A stretch of DNA of 64,000 bases from Takakia lepidozioides (taxonomy: Eukaryota > Plantae > Bryophyta). The translations under genes were made by a program, and so were the position numbers. Under the pieces are notes generated by a model, which saw only the letters and a program-made list of their open reading frames with translations, searched no databases and was not told the DNA's origin. Every line of letters starts with the position of its first letter. The first letter of the stretch is position 1. Of the stretch, positions 1 to 13,000 are shown in pieces. Location of the stretch: the NCBI GenBank assembly GCA_030704615.1, contig CM060734.1, positions 17,174,001 through 17,238,000 of the forward strand, in the 5' to 3' direction.

Positions 1-609
1 CATAACGGTCCCCCCCCTTGATCTCCCAAAGAACCCTCCAACGATTTAGAACCAGCGGAATTCCCTTTGGTAGTTGGCAGTCCGGAACAGCTCCCCACTC
101 TTTGGTCGCTTTCCGGCTCGCTCGCTTACTCACTAGTTTTTGGTCACCGACGGGCTTGCACCGTTCTCGGGGTTACTACTCCCTATATATACTTCTGTAG
201 CTGTCCGCGAGGGTTTCACAAACATCCATGCCATTTTATGGCGAACCACCACGAACACCCTCGACTCCCGGTGATGAGTCGCGGTGAGTCTTGGCCCACT
301 CACCACGGCCCCTATGGACCGTGATGAGTCCCAAGACTCCCCACGATTCCCACCACGAGGTCTCCGCCCCAGGGTGAGTCCTATGCCACCCCCACTAAGT
401 CCCGCTAAGCTACCACCACCCCTTGTGGAGCCACCCCCACCGCAACCCGGTGTGTGGGGCTCCACCTAGTGAGCACCTCCGCCTCCTTGAGTGCTTTGGG
501 CACTCAAGGGTGCTTCAGCCCCCCATACCTATCGCTGCCACTGCCCCCACCACAGGGGCAACCCCTCTTGTGTCCCAACCCCCTGCCCTCAAGGCAAAGG
601 GCCGCGACA
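1..609 (-). repeat. 3' LTR of chromovirus A1 (partial), preceded by a PPT-like tract
   Basis: Matches the LTRs at 8058-8629, 16484-17212, 23659-24377 and 26607-27313. On the minus strand it starts TGTCGCGG directly after GGTAGGGGTGTG. Confidence 0.9.
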
Positions 610-1509
610 CACACCCCTACCAACAGGGAGTCGATGTCCTCATCGGCTTGTACATTTTGTGGAAACAAACATCCAAGTTGTGGCGTCCCACATCAAGGAG
701 TTTGTTTCCGTACCATGGAGTCCCATGACAAAGAACCAAACCCCACACTTGACTCTACTCTCCACTAGCTAGTTCGGCCGACTTCCTCCAAGTCCCGGCC
801 AAGGGTGGAGCCTCTCAAGCTCCTCCCAGTGCACTCTTCTTGGCCTACTTCAAGGCCAAGGAACGATCCTCCCCGAGGATCGAATCGCCTTACTGCAACA
901 ACATTGCTTGCGACCGCTCATGATGCCGCTTTTGGCATCACATTGAGCAAGGGTTCACCTCGAACCCTCTTTGACTAGGAAGATAACCTTGAACCAACCG
1001 CGCGCCCCAATCACTACAATTGGGTCCGCCTTGGAATGCTGGCCTGAGGTACGGGAACACGCCAAAGCCGCCTTCGTCCCGAGGCTACACGATTATAGTA
1101 CGTGAACGGAAGCATGTAGCTTCCGCGTTAGCCCGCACTACAAAGCAACCCCCTCGGTAGCGCAGTTATAGTATGCGCACGCGCCAGGTGCGCACTAGCA
1201 CGTGAACTCCTAAAGAAGGCGCAAGTTTCCTTGCCCCTTTGGATGGAAGTCACCCAATTTTGGCATTGCGCAAACACACGATTAACCCAATTTACCTCTC
1301 CCACTTTTGTAAGCTAGCTTGCATTCTACACACTAGCCAACCACACCATGCAACACCATTCCAAACAAAATAAGACGCACAATATTTGGAACCCATTTCC
1401 TTTATAACAAATTTTTGTACAATACAAGTTTTTGCAATCGGATTCCTAAGCTAGCTAAGTCGGGCTAAGCATGCATTTCCTCCCCCACGCTCCAAGGTTG
1501 ATGTCCCCA

Positions 1510-2369
1510 TCAACGCTTCTTCCGTTTTTGAGGTCGCCCTTCGAAAACTGCAACCGCCTCGGATGCGTTTCCCATTTCTAAGGCACGCACCCAAGATGCC
1601 TCCACATGATGATAGCCCTTCCATTTGACGAGATACTCCGTTTCTCGGTTCTTGAACCTCCTCGACTTAAGTATTGCCTCCACCTCATACTGAGGTTCAT
1701 TTTCATGATCCAACAGCACAGGTGGCGGACGCAACACTTGATGCCGATTCGGACACGCTTCATCTTTGAAGTAAGGCTTCAAAAGGGAGACGTGGAATAC
1801 TGGATGCACCTTGTTGTTTGCCGGCAGCTCCAATTCATACACATCCTCATTCATAACCTTCCGGATGCGAAATGGTCCCGCATATGGAGGTATGAACTTT
1901 GGACTCACTTCCGGAGGTAGTCGGAAATTCTTGATGTTCAACCAGACCTCCGTGCCTGCCTCAAACTTCACTTCCCTCCGCTTCCGATTCGCCTGCCTTT
2001 CATACCGTTTCCTAGCTTTGGCAATGTTGTACTTTGCGAGCTTCAACAAACGCTCGCGTTCTTCCAGTACCGCCGCTACTGCCTGGGCGGCCCAACTTGT
2101 CGGCACCAGAGGTGCTTTTCCATAGACCAATACGAAAGGGGAAACTCCCGTTGCGGAGTGTTCTGTGTTATTATAACAGAACTCTGCCGCGTCTAAGTGT
2201 TCCACCCAATCTGTTTGGTCTGCCGACACGTAATTCCGCAAGATCTGCTTCACTACGGAATTCACTCTTTCCGTTTGGCCGTCGGTCGTAGGTAGGAAGG
2301 CGGTGCTCATCTTCAGCCTCGTCCCCATCTTCTTCCAAAGTGCCCTCCAAAATTTACTCGTAAACTTTG
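1510..2369 (-). pseudogene. Integrase C-terminal half plus chromodomain of chromovirus A1
   Basis: TDGQTERVN, GPF/VHPVFHVSLLKP (GPY/F region) and YEVEAILKSR...YLVKWKGY...SW (chromodomain with aromatic residues). Confidence 0.93.
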
Positions 2370-2526
2370 GGAGATCAAGGGGGGGACCGTTATGTCCCGG
2401 TGAGCACCCGAAGCTCCAAGTTGGCCCAGCGGCCAGGTTGGGAGTTAGGCGCGCGCATCAAGCGAGTAACTATGACTTGAGGGGGGAGCTTACCGAAGTG
2501 AGGTGCGTGACACTTGGTATCAGAGC
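2370..2526 (+). promoter_or_regulatory. LTR terminal fragment (ends ...GTGACA at 2512) followed by a primer-binding site for initiator Met tRNA (2515-2526)
   Basis: TGGTATCAGAGC starts 2 nt after the LTR end. 2370-2394 is the reverse complement of window positions ~1-26. Confidence 0.9.
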
Positions 2527-2567
2527 TTAGAGTTCAGTACGCGATCGTCCTTGGGATTGGCCTCATC

Positions 2568-5500
2568 ATGGGGTCGGGCAAGCCAAAGCGAAAGCAGAAC
2601 GGCCCAAAAGATGATGATCCTGATGAGCCCGATGGGGGCGACGTGTCACCGAGGCGGCCGTTTGAGGAAGCGATGCATGTTTCCGAAAACGAGGCCGCTT
2701 AAGAGCGGGAGGAATCTGAGGAGTCGGAGCATGAGGAATCCTTGAGAGCTCCGACCGACCAACAGATGCCTCCCATGCCGGCAGCCTTTTGGGAAGGGTT
2801 ATTGGCGCAATTTGGCGGGACGTTGAAAGACGTGTTGAAGGCAGCTAATACCACTTCCACTAAGGTAAAGTTTAAGGTGAAGCCAAAGGAACCCGGCACC
2901 TTCGAGGGTGTCCGAAATCGGAAGGCACTCAACACCTGGCTCTTGGAGCTGGAGCAGTACTTCCGGGCGGCCAAGTTGAGTGACGAGGATCGGGTGGAAG
3001 TGGCTCCCACCTATTTGAGGGGCTATGCTCAACAATGGTGGCAGAAACACCTTCACGACCGAGGTCCAAGCCCGGAAACCTTGAACTGGAGTGGGTTCAA
3101 GGAATTGATGAAGAGGCAGTTTGTGCCCCTCAACGCGTCCTGGCTCGCCCGGGACAAGATGAGGAATTTGAAGCAAACATATGACATTTGGGGATATGTC
3201 CAGGCTTTCAATGTGTTGTTGCTCGAAGTCGCGGACATGGCAGAACCAGAAATGGTCTTCAACTTTGTAGCGGGACTGGCCCCATGGGCCAAGCGGAAGT
3301 TGGAGGAGAAGCCACCTAAGACTTTGAACGAGGCAATTGAGAGGGCTGAATGTTTCTCGGACGTCCCTAAGGGTGAAAGACAAGGCCGTACGGAGCTGAA
3401 CCACAAGAAGACCCGGCGGGAAGGTGACTCCTTCCGACCGGAAAAGAAGTGGGATAGGCCACGCGGCGATAATGGCACGTGGAAATCGAAGGGAGGGCCT
3501 TCACAAGTCAAGGCGACACCCGGTGCTTCAAAAGAAAAAGCGGGTGGAGCGGCTTATGGCGGACAGAAGGCGACCTTTGATAGAGTGTGTTTCAATTGCG
3601 GGGAGCCCGGGCACATGGCCAAGAAGTGCACGAAGCCTCGGCAATTGAACATGACTCGGGCGACCACAGAGCTGTCGGAAGATACCATCAGTCGCTTGGT
3701 GGAAGCGGTGGTCGCCAGGACTTGCAAGGTAGGCAAATTTTCTTGTGAGTTGTATCAGGAAACTGGCGCCTTACGTAAAGGGAGTCAGTTATTGTTCGTG
3801 GATGGGATAATATCCGGAACTAACGTGTCGTTGTTGGTGGACACAGGAGCGTCGCACTCCTTCATGACACCGGCAACAACACAAAAGCTGGGACTCCCGA
3901 CAAGTGACGTGGGGGCCTCTATTGAGATGCGTTCTGCCAAAGGAGAACCGCAATTGGCGACAAGGTTGGCGTTTGATGTTCCTCTTCAACTGGGGAGTTG
4001 GGAAGGACGTGAGAACTTCACCATCTGCGAGATCGATGGAGTGGATCTCATTTTGGGGATGACCTTTTTGAGCAAATCCGGAGCGGTCATAGATGGCTGC
4101 AAGAGAGTAGTTACGCTGCCATGTGGGAATGGTGGCGAGGTCTTACGAGTGTCAGAAACGCCCAAACCCGTGGGAAGGCGAATAAACCTCATGTAAGCAA
4201 GGGAGTGGGCCGTGGAGGAGGCACACGAGCCCCAGTTTTTGCTCTATATTAGAGAAGTGAAGGGAGAAGGCGATGGGGAGCCGAGCCCAGATTGGATCAA
4301 GGGGATTTTGGAGAAATACCAGGATGTGATGCCGGAGGATTTACCAAGCGGCTTGCCACCGCGAAGAGGAGTTGACCACAAGATTGAGGTGATACCGGGA
4401 TCGGAACCGCCTGCCAAGGCGCCCTACCGGTTGAGCCACAGAGAGTTGGTCGAGCTGAAGACTCAGCTCAAAGATCTAATGTCAAAGGGGTACATCCGGC
4501 CGAGTAAGTCACCTTACGGAGCCCCGGTGCTATTCGCAGACAAGAAGGATGGGACGTTGCGGATGTGTGTCGATTACAGGGCTTTGAATAAGGTGACTAT
4601 AAAAAACCGGCATCCTTTGCCAAGGATCGACGACCTTTTCGATCGGTTGGCAGGAGCAAAGTATTTCAGCCGGATCGATCTATGCTCCGGCTATCATCAA
4701 ATTCGAGTGGCGGAAAGAGATGAGGAGAAGACCGCGTGCAGGACAAGGTATGGTTCATATGAGTTCTTGGTGATGCCTTTTGGACTCACCAATGCTCCCG
4801 CAACCTTTAGCACGCTGATGAACAGCCTTTTCCAGGAGTGGTTGGATGACTTTTTGATCGTGTACATCGACGACATCTTGGTGTATTCGAAAACAAAGGA
4901 GGAGCACCTGGAGCACCTCAAAAGGGTGTTCCAGAAATTGCGGGAAGGGAAGCTGTATGCCAAAGCTTCAAAGTGCGAATTCGGGGTCACAAAAGTGGAG
5001 TTCCTGGGGCATGTGATTACACAGGATGAGATCAGAATGGATGACAGGAAGGTGAGGGCAATCTTGGACTGGGAGCCTCCGACTTCGGTCCCGGGAGTGC
5101 GATCCTTCCTAGGACTCGCCTCCTACTACCGGAAGTATGTGAGAAATTTTGCCAAGATCGCGGGGCCGCTGTTAGACCTTCTGTGTAAATCCAAAGTCTG
5201 GGCATGGAACACCTTTTGTGGCCAAGCTTTTGCTGAATTGAAGCAGCGGATGGCGGAAGCTCCAGTCTTGAAAATCCCAGAGTTCGATCGTCCGTTCGAG
5301 ATTCATACAGATGCGTCGGACTTCGCGATTGGGGGTGTACTGATGCAAGATGGATGCCCAGTGGCTTACGAAAGTAAGAAACTGAATGAAGTGGAGCGAC
5401 GGTGGCCGAGGCACGAGAAAGAGATGAAGGCGGTGGTGCACTGTCTTGAGCTTTGGCGCCACTATGTTGGTTCCAACCCAGTGAAGGTGTTCACGGACAA

Positions 5501-6250
5501 TGTCACGGTGAAGTATTTTGCCACGCAGCCCAAGTTGTCTCCAAAACAACTTAGGTGGCAAGATACTTTGGCGGTGTTCGACGTGGATATCCAGTACAAA
5601 CCGGGACGGGACAACATGGTGGCCGATGCCTTAAGTAGAAAGCAACAACTTTTGTTGGTGTATAGGGGCGAGACGACGCTCCAAAGGAAGATCCGGAAGG
5701 CTTGCCGGAAGGATGAGCTGGCGAAGTCCGTGATGCAGGACTTGAGGATGGGGGTTAAATCGCAATTCCACTTGCAAAATGGACTGCTCCGGTATAAGCA
5801 AAAGCGTCTCTACGTGCCGAAGGGAGGGATCAGAGATAGCCTCTTGAGATAATGCCATGATAGCCCGCTTGCGGGCCACAGCGGAGCCAAGCGCACTGCG
5901 GCACTCTTGAAGAAAGAGTATTTCTGGCCCAAACTGAGGGAGGAGGCAGAGGAGTATGTCAAGACATGCACCACATGCCAACAAAACCGGAGCGAGTACA
6001 AAAAGCAAGCGGGGCTGTTGCAACCCTTGCCGATTCCAGAGGGGACTTGGGAAAGCGTCTCGATGGATTTCATGACTGCTATGCCGTTGTCAAAAGGATT
6101 CGATGCAATCATGGTGGTGGTGGATAGGTTCAGTAAAATGGGCCATTTCATCCCCACCAAGGAGACGGCAACGGCACAGGAAACAGGGCGACTTTACTTC
6201 GCCCACGTCTTAAAGCATCATGGAGTCCCGAAGGATATTGTCTCGGACCT
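2568..6250 (+). pseudogene. Single-frame gag-pol of chromovirus A1 (gag, CCHC knuckle, protease, RT, RNase H, integrase N-half); in-frame stops at ~2700, ~4194 and ~5850; truncated at ...VPKDIVSD
   Basis: The ORFs at 2514, 2742, 4212 and 5907 share one frame. Motifs: CFNCGEPGHMAKKC, LVDTGAS, YIDD, TDAS, H..GH..C..C, SMDF. Confidence 0.93.
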
Positions 6251-7620
6251 CAATGCAAGTGTCTTCTACATGCCCTCTTACACGTTTTTGAGAAGTATGA
6301 CATCAATCTAAAAGGGTGAACCAATCGTCCCCCTACCAAATGATTTTAAATTGATTTGAAACTTTGCAAGTGTCTTGTACATGCCCTCTTACAAGTCTTT
6401 CACAAGTTTCAAATCAATCTAAAATGGTTAAAAGGGTGAATCAATCATGAACATATCAAATGATTTTGGAGTGCTTTAAAGCTTTGCAAGTGTCTTTCAC
6501 ATACCATTTTAAAGGTACCGGACAAGTATGAGGTTAGTAAAATATGGTTGAAAGGGTGAACCAATTGTTCCCCTATCAAATGATTTTACATTGCTTTGAA
6601 GCTTTGCAAGTGTCAGCCACATGCTCTCCTACAAGTGTCGGACAAGTATGACGTGAATAAATGGTTGAAAGGGTGAACCAATCATTCCGCTATCAAATGA
6701 TTTTATATTGCTTTGGATGTCATCGCTTTGGTAATTCTAGCCCCCCAATGGCCCATTGTAACCCTTGAATTACAATTCAAAATGCAATTCAAGCCCTTAA
6801 AATTGGTACTGCCAGTCCCTTTTGGAGCAATAAAATATCATTTCATCGGGGAAGTTTCCGTTCACCCTTTCATCCAATTTTGAATTGAACTGCATTTTTA
6901 CTAAATAAAATGATTTAGAGGGCATAGGATTGTGGGGCGCAATGAGTGTGGGGCGCAATGATTTCGTTTTTGGCTTGATTTTGTTCTGTGAGTTGAACCC
7001 TCACACCACCACATCATTGCCAAAAAATGTACCAAAGAAAAATGTTTGGAAAAAAACGTTCATCCTTTGCTCTATGCTCACTATTGCAGAACTCTCTATG
7101 AATAGTGCATGAAGTTGAAGATAACTTCACCTTGGAGTGCAAATGAGGGAATAAAATGTGTTTTGGATGCAGACGATGTCTGTTCATGGTGATATTTTGC
7201 ATGCAACTCTTCATGTTGTTATCAAGCATATGGCTTCAGAATGGAATTAAAAACAATTCATGTGTAGGCGAAAGGTTGTTTCTCATTATGAATTTGAATA
7301 ACCAATTCAAACAACTTTGTTGAAGTTCAACTTTGGTCCATATGTGCTTAAGTACGTACAAATCACGTACACAAAGTTGCAAGCGAAGAAATAATCATTT
7401 GCCCCCCGAACGACTCGTTAAACCTTTCAACCAATTTTCAATCATGAATCATTTAATAGGGGAACTATTGGTTCACCCTTAGAACCATTTTAGATTGATC
7501 TCATACTTGTCCGATAACTTAAAGAGGGCATGTACAACACACTCCCAAAGTTTCAAATCAATCTAAAATCATTTGGCAGGTGAACGATTGGTTCACCCAT
7601 TGACCCGGTGTACACTGTCA
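6251..7620. repeat. Degenerate ~120-bp repeat array (AAAGGGTGAACCAAT...TCAAATGATTTT...TTTGCAAGTGT) with inverted copies at ~7440-7600; foreign insert in A1
   Basis: Direct copies near 6310, 6430, 6550 and 6668. Reverse-complement copies (ATTGGTTCACCC) near 7467 and 7588. Confidence 0.65.
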
Positions 7621-8057
7621 CTCTTCAAGATTCGTGGGTGTGGTGCTTGATTATCCCATATGATGGACCCAGGTGCCATGGCCAAGTAACAAACCATTAA
7701 AACATTATGGTACGAGACAAACACAATTGAAAACAACATTTATTCAAACATGATGTACAGTCAGAGGTCTACAAGTTTTCCATCCTCCAGCAATTTTTGG
7801 GCTCAGGCCAATTGAATAGCCCCGTCATGAAACGCTTCACAACATTTTTTAGTTTGTACCGCAACTCTACTGTGTCTACACACAAATTTTCCAGAGCGGA
7901 AGCAAAACAGGTTCCAGTAGACATATCGTTGAACAGACTTGCATCGAACGTGTTACCCCCATTTATTGCTTGGGCTATCTTTCCAATTGCAAAGGTCTCT
8001 GATGGCACGGTTAGAGGGGGCCTACGAGGTGTGCCATCTGACTGGTTGTTGGCACAC

Positions 8058-8629
8058 CCAACAATTTAGAACCAGCGGAATTCCCTTTGGTAGTTGGCAG
8101 TCCGGAACAGCTCCCCACTCTTTGGTCGCTTTTCCGGATCGCTCGCTTACTCACTAGCTTTTGGTCACCAACGGGCTTGCACCGTTCTCGGGGTTACTAT
8201 TCCCTATATATACTTCTGTAGCTGTCCGCGGGGGTTTCACAAACAACCATGCCATTTTATGGCGAACCACCACGAACACCCTCGACTCCCGGTGATGAGT
8301 CGCGGTGAGTCTTGGCCCACTCATCACGGCCCCTATGGACCGTGATGAGTCCCAAGACTCCCCACGACTCCCACCACGAGGTCTCCGCCCCAGGGTGAGT
8401 CATATGCTACCCCCACTAAGTCCCGCTAAGCTACCACCACCCCTTGTGGAGCCACCCCCACCGCAACCCGGTGTGCGGGGCTCCACCTAGTGAGCGCCTC
8501 CGCTCCTTGAGTGCTTTGGGCATTCAAGGGTGCTTCAGCCCCCCATACCTATCGCTGCCACTGCCCCCACAACAGGGGCAGCCCCTCTTGTGTCCCGACC
8601 CCCTGCCCTCAAGGCAAAGGGCCGCGACA
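8058..8629 (-). repeat. 5' LTR remainder of chromovirus A1
   Basis: Colinear with positions ~38-609 and ends GCCGCGACA at 8629. The flank switches abruptly to a different element. Confidence 0.9.
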
Positions 8630-10084
8630 TGTATGGTATGGCGGAGTTGCCTGCCATGGTTGCTCAGACTCCATTGTGGGGCACGAGCAAGGATTTGCAG
8701 CGGGTTGCTAATCGACGGGTACAACAGGCCTGGGTGGAGGCTTTTGTACCATCCGGAGAGGAGGAGAGTGCGGGGATTGTACCAGGACCACCTCAGTTGT
8801 CACCATTGGATACCACACCTTTTGTGTGGCAGTATCCGAATGAAGGCATTTGTCTTCTGGACTTGTTTGGCGGGATCAGCACCGGATTGGTTGTTGTGTT
8901 ACAGGCAGGTATACGAGTTCGGCGTTACCTGTATGTGGAGAGGGATGAGACTGCACGACGCGTTTCACTTCGCCATGTTGCTCAATTGGTGCAGCAGTAC
9001 CGTGAGTTGTTGCCGGTGTCTGCAGTTCGTGGATATCAGCAGGCCTTGCCATTAGACATTTTGTTGCTGGGGGCGCAGGACTTGGAGCGGGTTGGCTCCA
9101 TTGATCTGGTAGTGGCAAGTTGGCCCTGCCAAGGGCATTCATCAGCCAGGCATGACAATGGATTGCGAGACTCGAGGTCGGGTCTGTTTTGGGAGATGGT
9201 GCGGGTTTTGCGCCACTTGCAGCTTTATCAAGCTGTATCTCCAGCATACATCTTAGAGAATGTGCCACTGATGGGCGATTCTCAGGCCAGGGTGATGGCC
9301 AGTGTGCATCAAGTCCGGTCATGGCTTGGGGCTAGATGCAGCTACAGTGGAGTCACGGGCTCATCGTCCACGGCTATGGTGGACTAACTTGATGCCACCC
9401 GCACTGCTCAAGTGTGCATTTGATGGGGTGTAGCGGCCAGCACACCTCACAGTGGATAGCATTTTGGACACAAGGAGGCAGTCTCAGCGTGTGAGACACG
9501 ATGACCGTTTGCCTTTGGCAGTGGTCAACAAGGTGGGTCAACCACGAGCAACATTACCTACACTGCTCAGCTTCCCAGGATCGCATGCTTTCCGGGATAG
9601 TGGACCTGGCCTCCTGTGGGATGCTCAGTTGCAGCAGTTAGTGGAGCCTAATGCTGACGAGCGTGAGCGAGCAATGGGTTTTACCACTGGTACCACGGCG
9701 GTGCCCTCTCTTTCTGAGGCATCACGTCGTCAGGTGTTGGGGCAAGCAATGGATCTCAATTGCTTGACCTGGATTATCAGCTTGGCTATGGCTGAGCAAC
9801 GCAAAGTGCGGAGTACACTTCCCTCGATGGTTTCTCTGCCTACCGAGATGGTACAGGCAGTGAGTGAGGGCGAGCAAGAGAGGACCACGGGGTGCAGGCA
9901 TCCATGGCACACATGGGAGGTGCTTGAGGTTCAGAGGGAGTTGGAAGCCAGGGCGGCGGTGATGGATGAGGTTGGGGATTTTTCTCGGGTTGAGGAAGTC
10001 CTCGAGGATGAGATGATGGGGCAGGATGAGGCCTTGTCATTGACTGAGCAAGCAGGGAGTACTACTCAAGAGGTTGCAACATAG
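8630..10084 (+). pseudogene. C5 cytosine DNA methyltransferase domain within retrotransposon pol
   Basis: Motif I LLDLFGGI, motif II VERD, motif IV DLVVASWPCQG, RSGLFWEMVRVL, motif VI ILENV, motif VIII AHRPRLWWTN (after a frameshift near 9335), ERERAMGF, motif X RRQVLGQAM. Confidence 0.9.
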
Positions 10085-13000
10085 CAACCACTGGACGCGT
10101 CCTCTACCTCTAAGCCCACTGGACTTAAGGTTGCAGTTACGGAGGACAATTGGGAGCCTGACATTGGACCCATTGTCACCGGAGGATAGAGACGACGTAT
10201 ACAGCGGTTCCTGAGGGCTTACAGGAATTGCTTTACCTTCAGTTTGAAGGACTTGGGAGCACTGAAGGGTCAAGAGATTTGTATTGAGTTGGCCACTGAC
10301 ACGCTAATCTTTCGGAGACCCTATAGATACAGTGACATGAGAGGTCTTTGATTCAGATGAGGACTCAAGATCTCTGGGAGGCTGGTTTGGTGGAGCTCTC
10401 TGGTGGAGAGTATGCTTCAGCCACAGTGATGTCAGCCAAGAAGGATGTCTATGGCAATTGGATGGAGAGACGTATGTGCGGTGATTACCGGCCTGTAAAT
10501 CGTCAGACCAAGTCCAATAAGTATGCCATGCCAACACCAGAGGAGATCTTTGATGCCATCGGGCATGCTAAGGTCTTTAGCACTTTGGATTTACGATCCG
10601 GATATCACCAATTGTCGATCGAGGAGGCGGACAAGCAGAAGACGACATTCTGGGGGATCAATGAGCACGACAAGGATTGCCTATATCAGTGGCGGTTCTT
10701 ACCATTTGGGCTTAAGAATGCTCCTGCAGAGTTTCAGAGAGTCATGGATAGGATTCTAGCAGGGGTGGACTTTGCTCGGTGCTACATAGATGACATCATC
10801 ATCTTTAGTGCTACGGTGGAGAAGCATGAGAGACATCTTTAGGTGGTATTGGAGCGCTTGAGAGCGCACGGATTGAAGTTGCATCCGGGGAAGTGCAAGT
10901 TTTTCCACAACCAGATTGAGTATCTGGGTCACATGATATATCCTGGAGGATTGGGGGTACAGCAGACTAAGATAGAGGCCATTGCACAAATTCCACGCCC
11001 CACGGATGTGAGCCGAGTTCGAGCTTTCATGGGGTTGGCAAACTATTATAGACGGTTTGTCAAGGGATTTAGTGCCATTGCAAAGGCTCTAACCAAGCTG
11101 ACCAAGGTGGATCAGGAGTGGCAGTAGGAAGATGAGCAGGAACAAGCTTTTCAAGAGCTCAAGGCGAGGTTGACCTCGGCGCCTATCCTGAGACGACCTA
11201 TCAGGGGGCGTCCCTTTCAGCAGCATGCGGATTGGAGCATGTTGGGGCTTGGAGCGGTGTTCACACAGGTGGATGATGAGGGAAGAGAGTTCGTAGTGGC
11301 TTATGCTAGCCGCTCGAACAACGCTGCAGAGGCTAAGTACAACTCATATGAGGGAGAGTGCTTAGCTGCAGTGTGGGCCGTGACACACTTCAGGTGCTAT
11401 CTATACGACAATCTTTTCACCCTTGTCACGGATCACCAGCCACTCAAGTGGTTGATGGAGTCAGACAAGCTTACGGGGAAGCTTGCACGGTGGGCACTCA
11501 TACTCCAGGAGTATGACTTTCAGGTTGTGCATTGACCGGGTTTGGTCAATCGGGATGCGGATGGATTGAGTCGCAATCCATGCACGAGCCAGCAGGATGA
11601 CACTGGAGTTCGGTGGCATGGTGAGACGGACAAGGAGATGGTGCCGGGATGGCATGCATCTGTCTTTTTGTGTATCTTGGCATCGGGAGGTCAGGTTGGA
11701 CCTACAACAGGGATGACTGTAGACGGAGTGTCTGAGGACCCTGAGGCTAGTGATGAGTCAGGTGGTACTCGAGATATACATGAGGATTCGGCTGTGTTGG
11801 ACTACCTCCGTACTGGAGACACGGCAGCCACTGTGACTGCCAAGGAGAGGGATCGGATCCTGCAACGAGCCAAGAGGTTCAAGTGGGAGGGGATACACCT
11901 GCTCCGAGTATGGGAGGATGGTCAGGTGAGGATTGTGCCTCACCCCACACAGCGTGCACGGTTAGTGTGGCATGCCCATGAGGAGTTGGGGCATTTTGGA
12001 GTGCGACGCACTCATAGTTTACTACAGGGGCAATATTGGTGGCGTGGTATGCATACAGAGGTGCAACAGTTCGTGGCTAGGTGCATGGTGTGTGACAGTG
12101 TGCGTGCTTCATTCAACGCCCCTACACCATAGTTGCATCTTTTACCAATCATGGGATTGGGCTACAGGTGGAGTCTTGACTTCGCAGGACCGTTGCCACT
12201 GACTATGCGCCACCACAGATATGTGTTGGTGATGGTGGAGCACTTCTCCAAGTGGATTGAGTTGGTTCCATTGCCTGACAAGACTAGTAAGGGGGCTGCG
12301 TATGCATTCTTGGATCGTGTGCTTAGCTGATTTGGTGCTCCAGCTGAGGTACTCACGGACCAAGGAAGAGAGTTCTTGGGGGAGTTTCAGGCTTTGTGTG
12401 ATAAAGCCTTGATAGACCACCGCACCACTTCTTGGGATCATCCTGAGGCCGATGGCTTGGCAGAGAGAGTTGTTCAGACGGTGAAGAGGGGTTTGCGCAA
12501 GTATGGCTTGCAGAAGGGACACCTAGGAGATTGGGATCTTCAGGTGCATTGGTTAGCCATGGGCTACAGGTTCAGCAATCAAGCATCACTTGCCTCCTTC
12601 TCACCGTATTTCCTTCTCTTTAGCCGAGAGCCGGATTTGCTTGCAGCCATTCGTAGGGACACTGCTCAAGTCCTTAACCTTGACGATCCGGACGTGTGGG
12701 TACGTGCATGTGGTCAGCGTGCAGAGTTGTTCAAGAAAGTCATGCCCATGGCTTTTGAGAACCTTGCCATTGCACAACACTGTGATGAGGTATGCCACTA
12801 TACGTGGTGGAGGATATCGTCTTGGGGTTCGGAGGTTTAGCCCTAGTGACTATGTTTATTTGCAGCAGACTGCTCCTACGACCCTGGATGTCACTGCAGG
12901 GCGTGTTATTCTGAGGGTTCAAGAGGTGTTGCCCTCAGGAGTCCTGATCTTGGAGGGTCGGGATGGCATGACTTGGAAAGACCATGTGCGTAATTGTGCA

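Larger units (their letters stand above)
1..8629 (-). mobile_element. Chromodomain Ty3/gypsy LTR retrotransposon (chromovirus) copy A1, internally inverted and carrying a foreign insert; 3' LTR runs off the window start
   Basis: Near-identical LTR sequence at 1-609 and 8058-8629, both ending GCCGCGACA on +. Gag, protease, RT, RNase H, integrase and chromodomain motifs lie between them, and a Met PBS is present. Confidence 0.9.

Noticed and set aside
18-772. Pro-rich short ORFs in LTRs (also at 8094-8724, 16645-17343, 23908-24360, 26292-27302)
   Set aside because: These are incidental frames in GC-rich LTR/UTR sequence and are not kept open between copies.
8530-8629. N-terminus of the 285-aa DNMT ORF (MLQPPIP...KGRD)
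   Set aside because: It is read-through from chromovirus LTR sequence; DNMT-element sequence begins at 8630.
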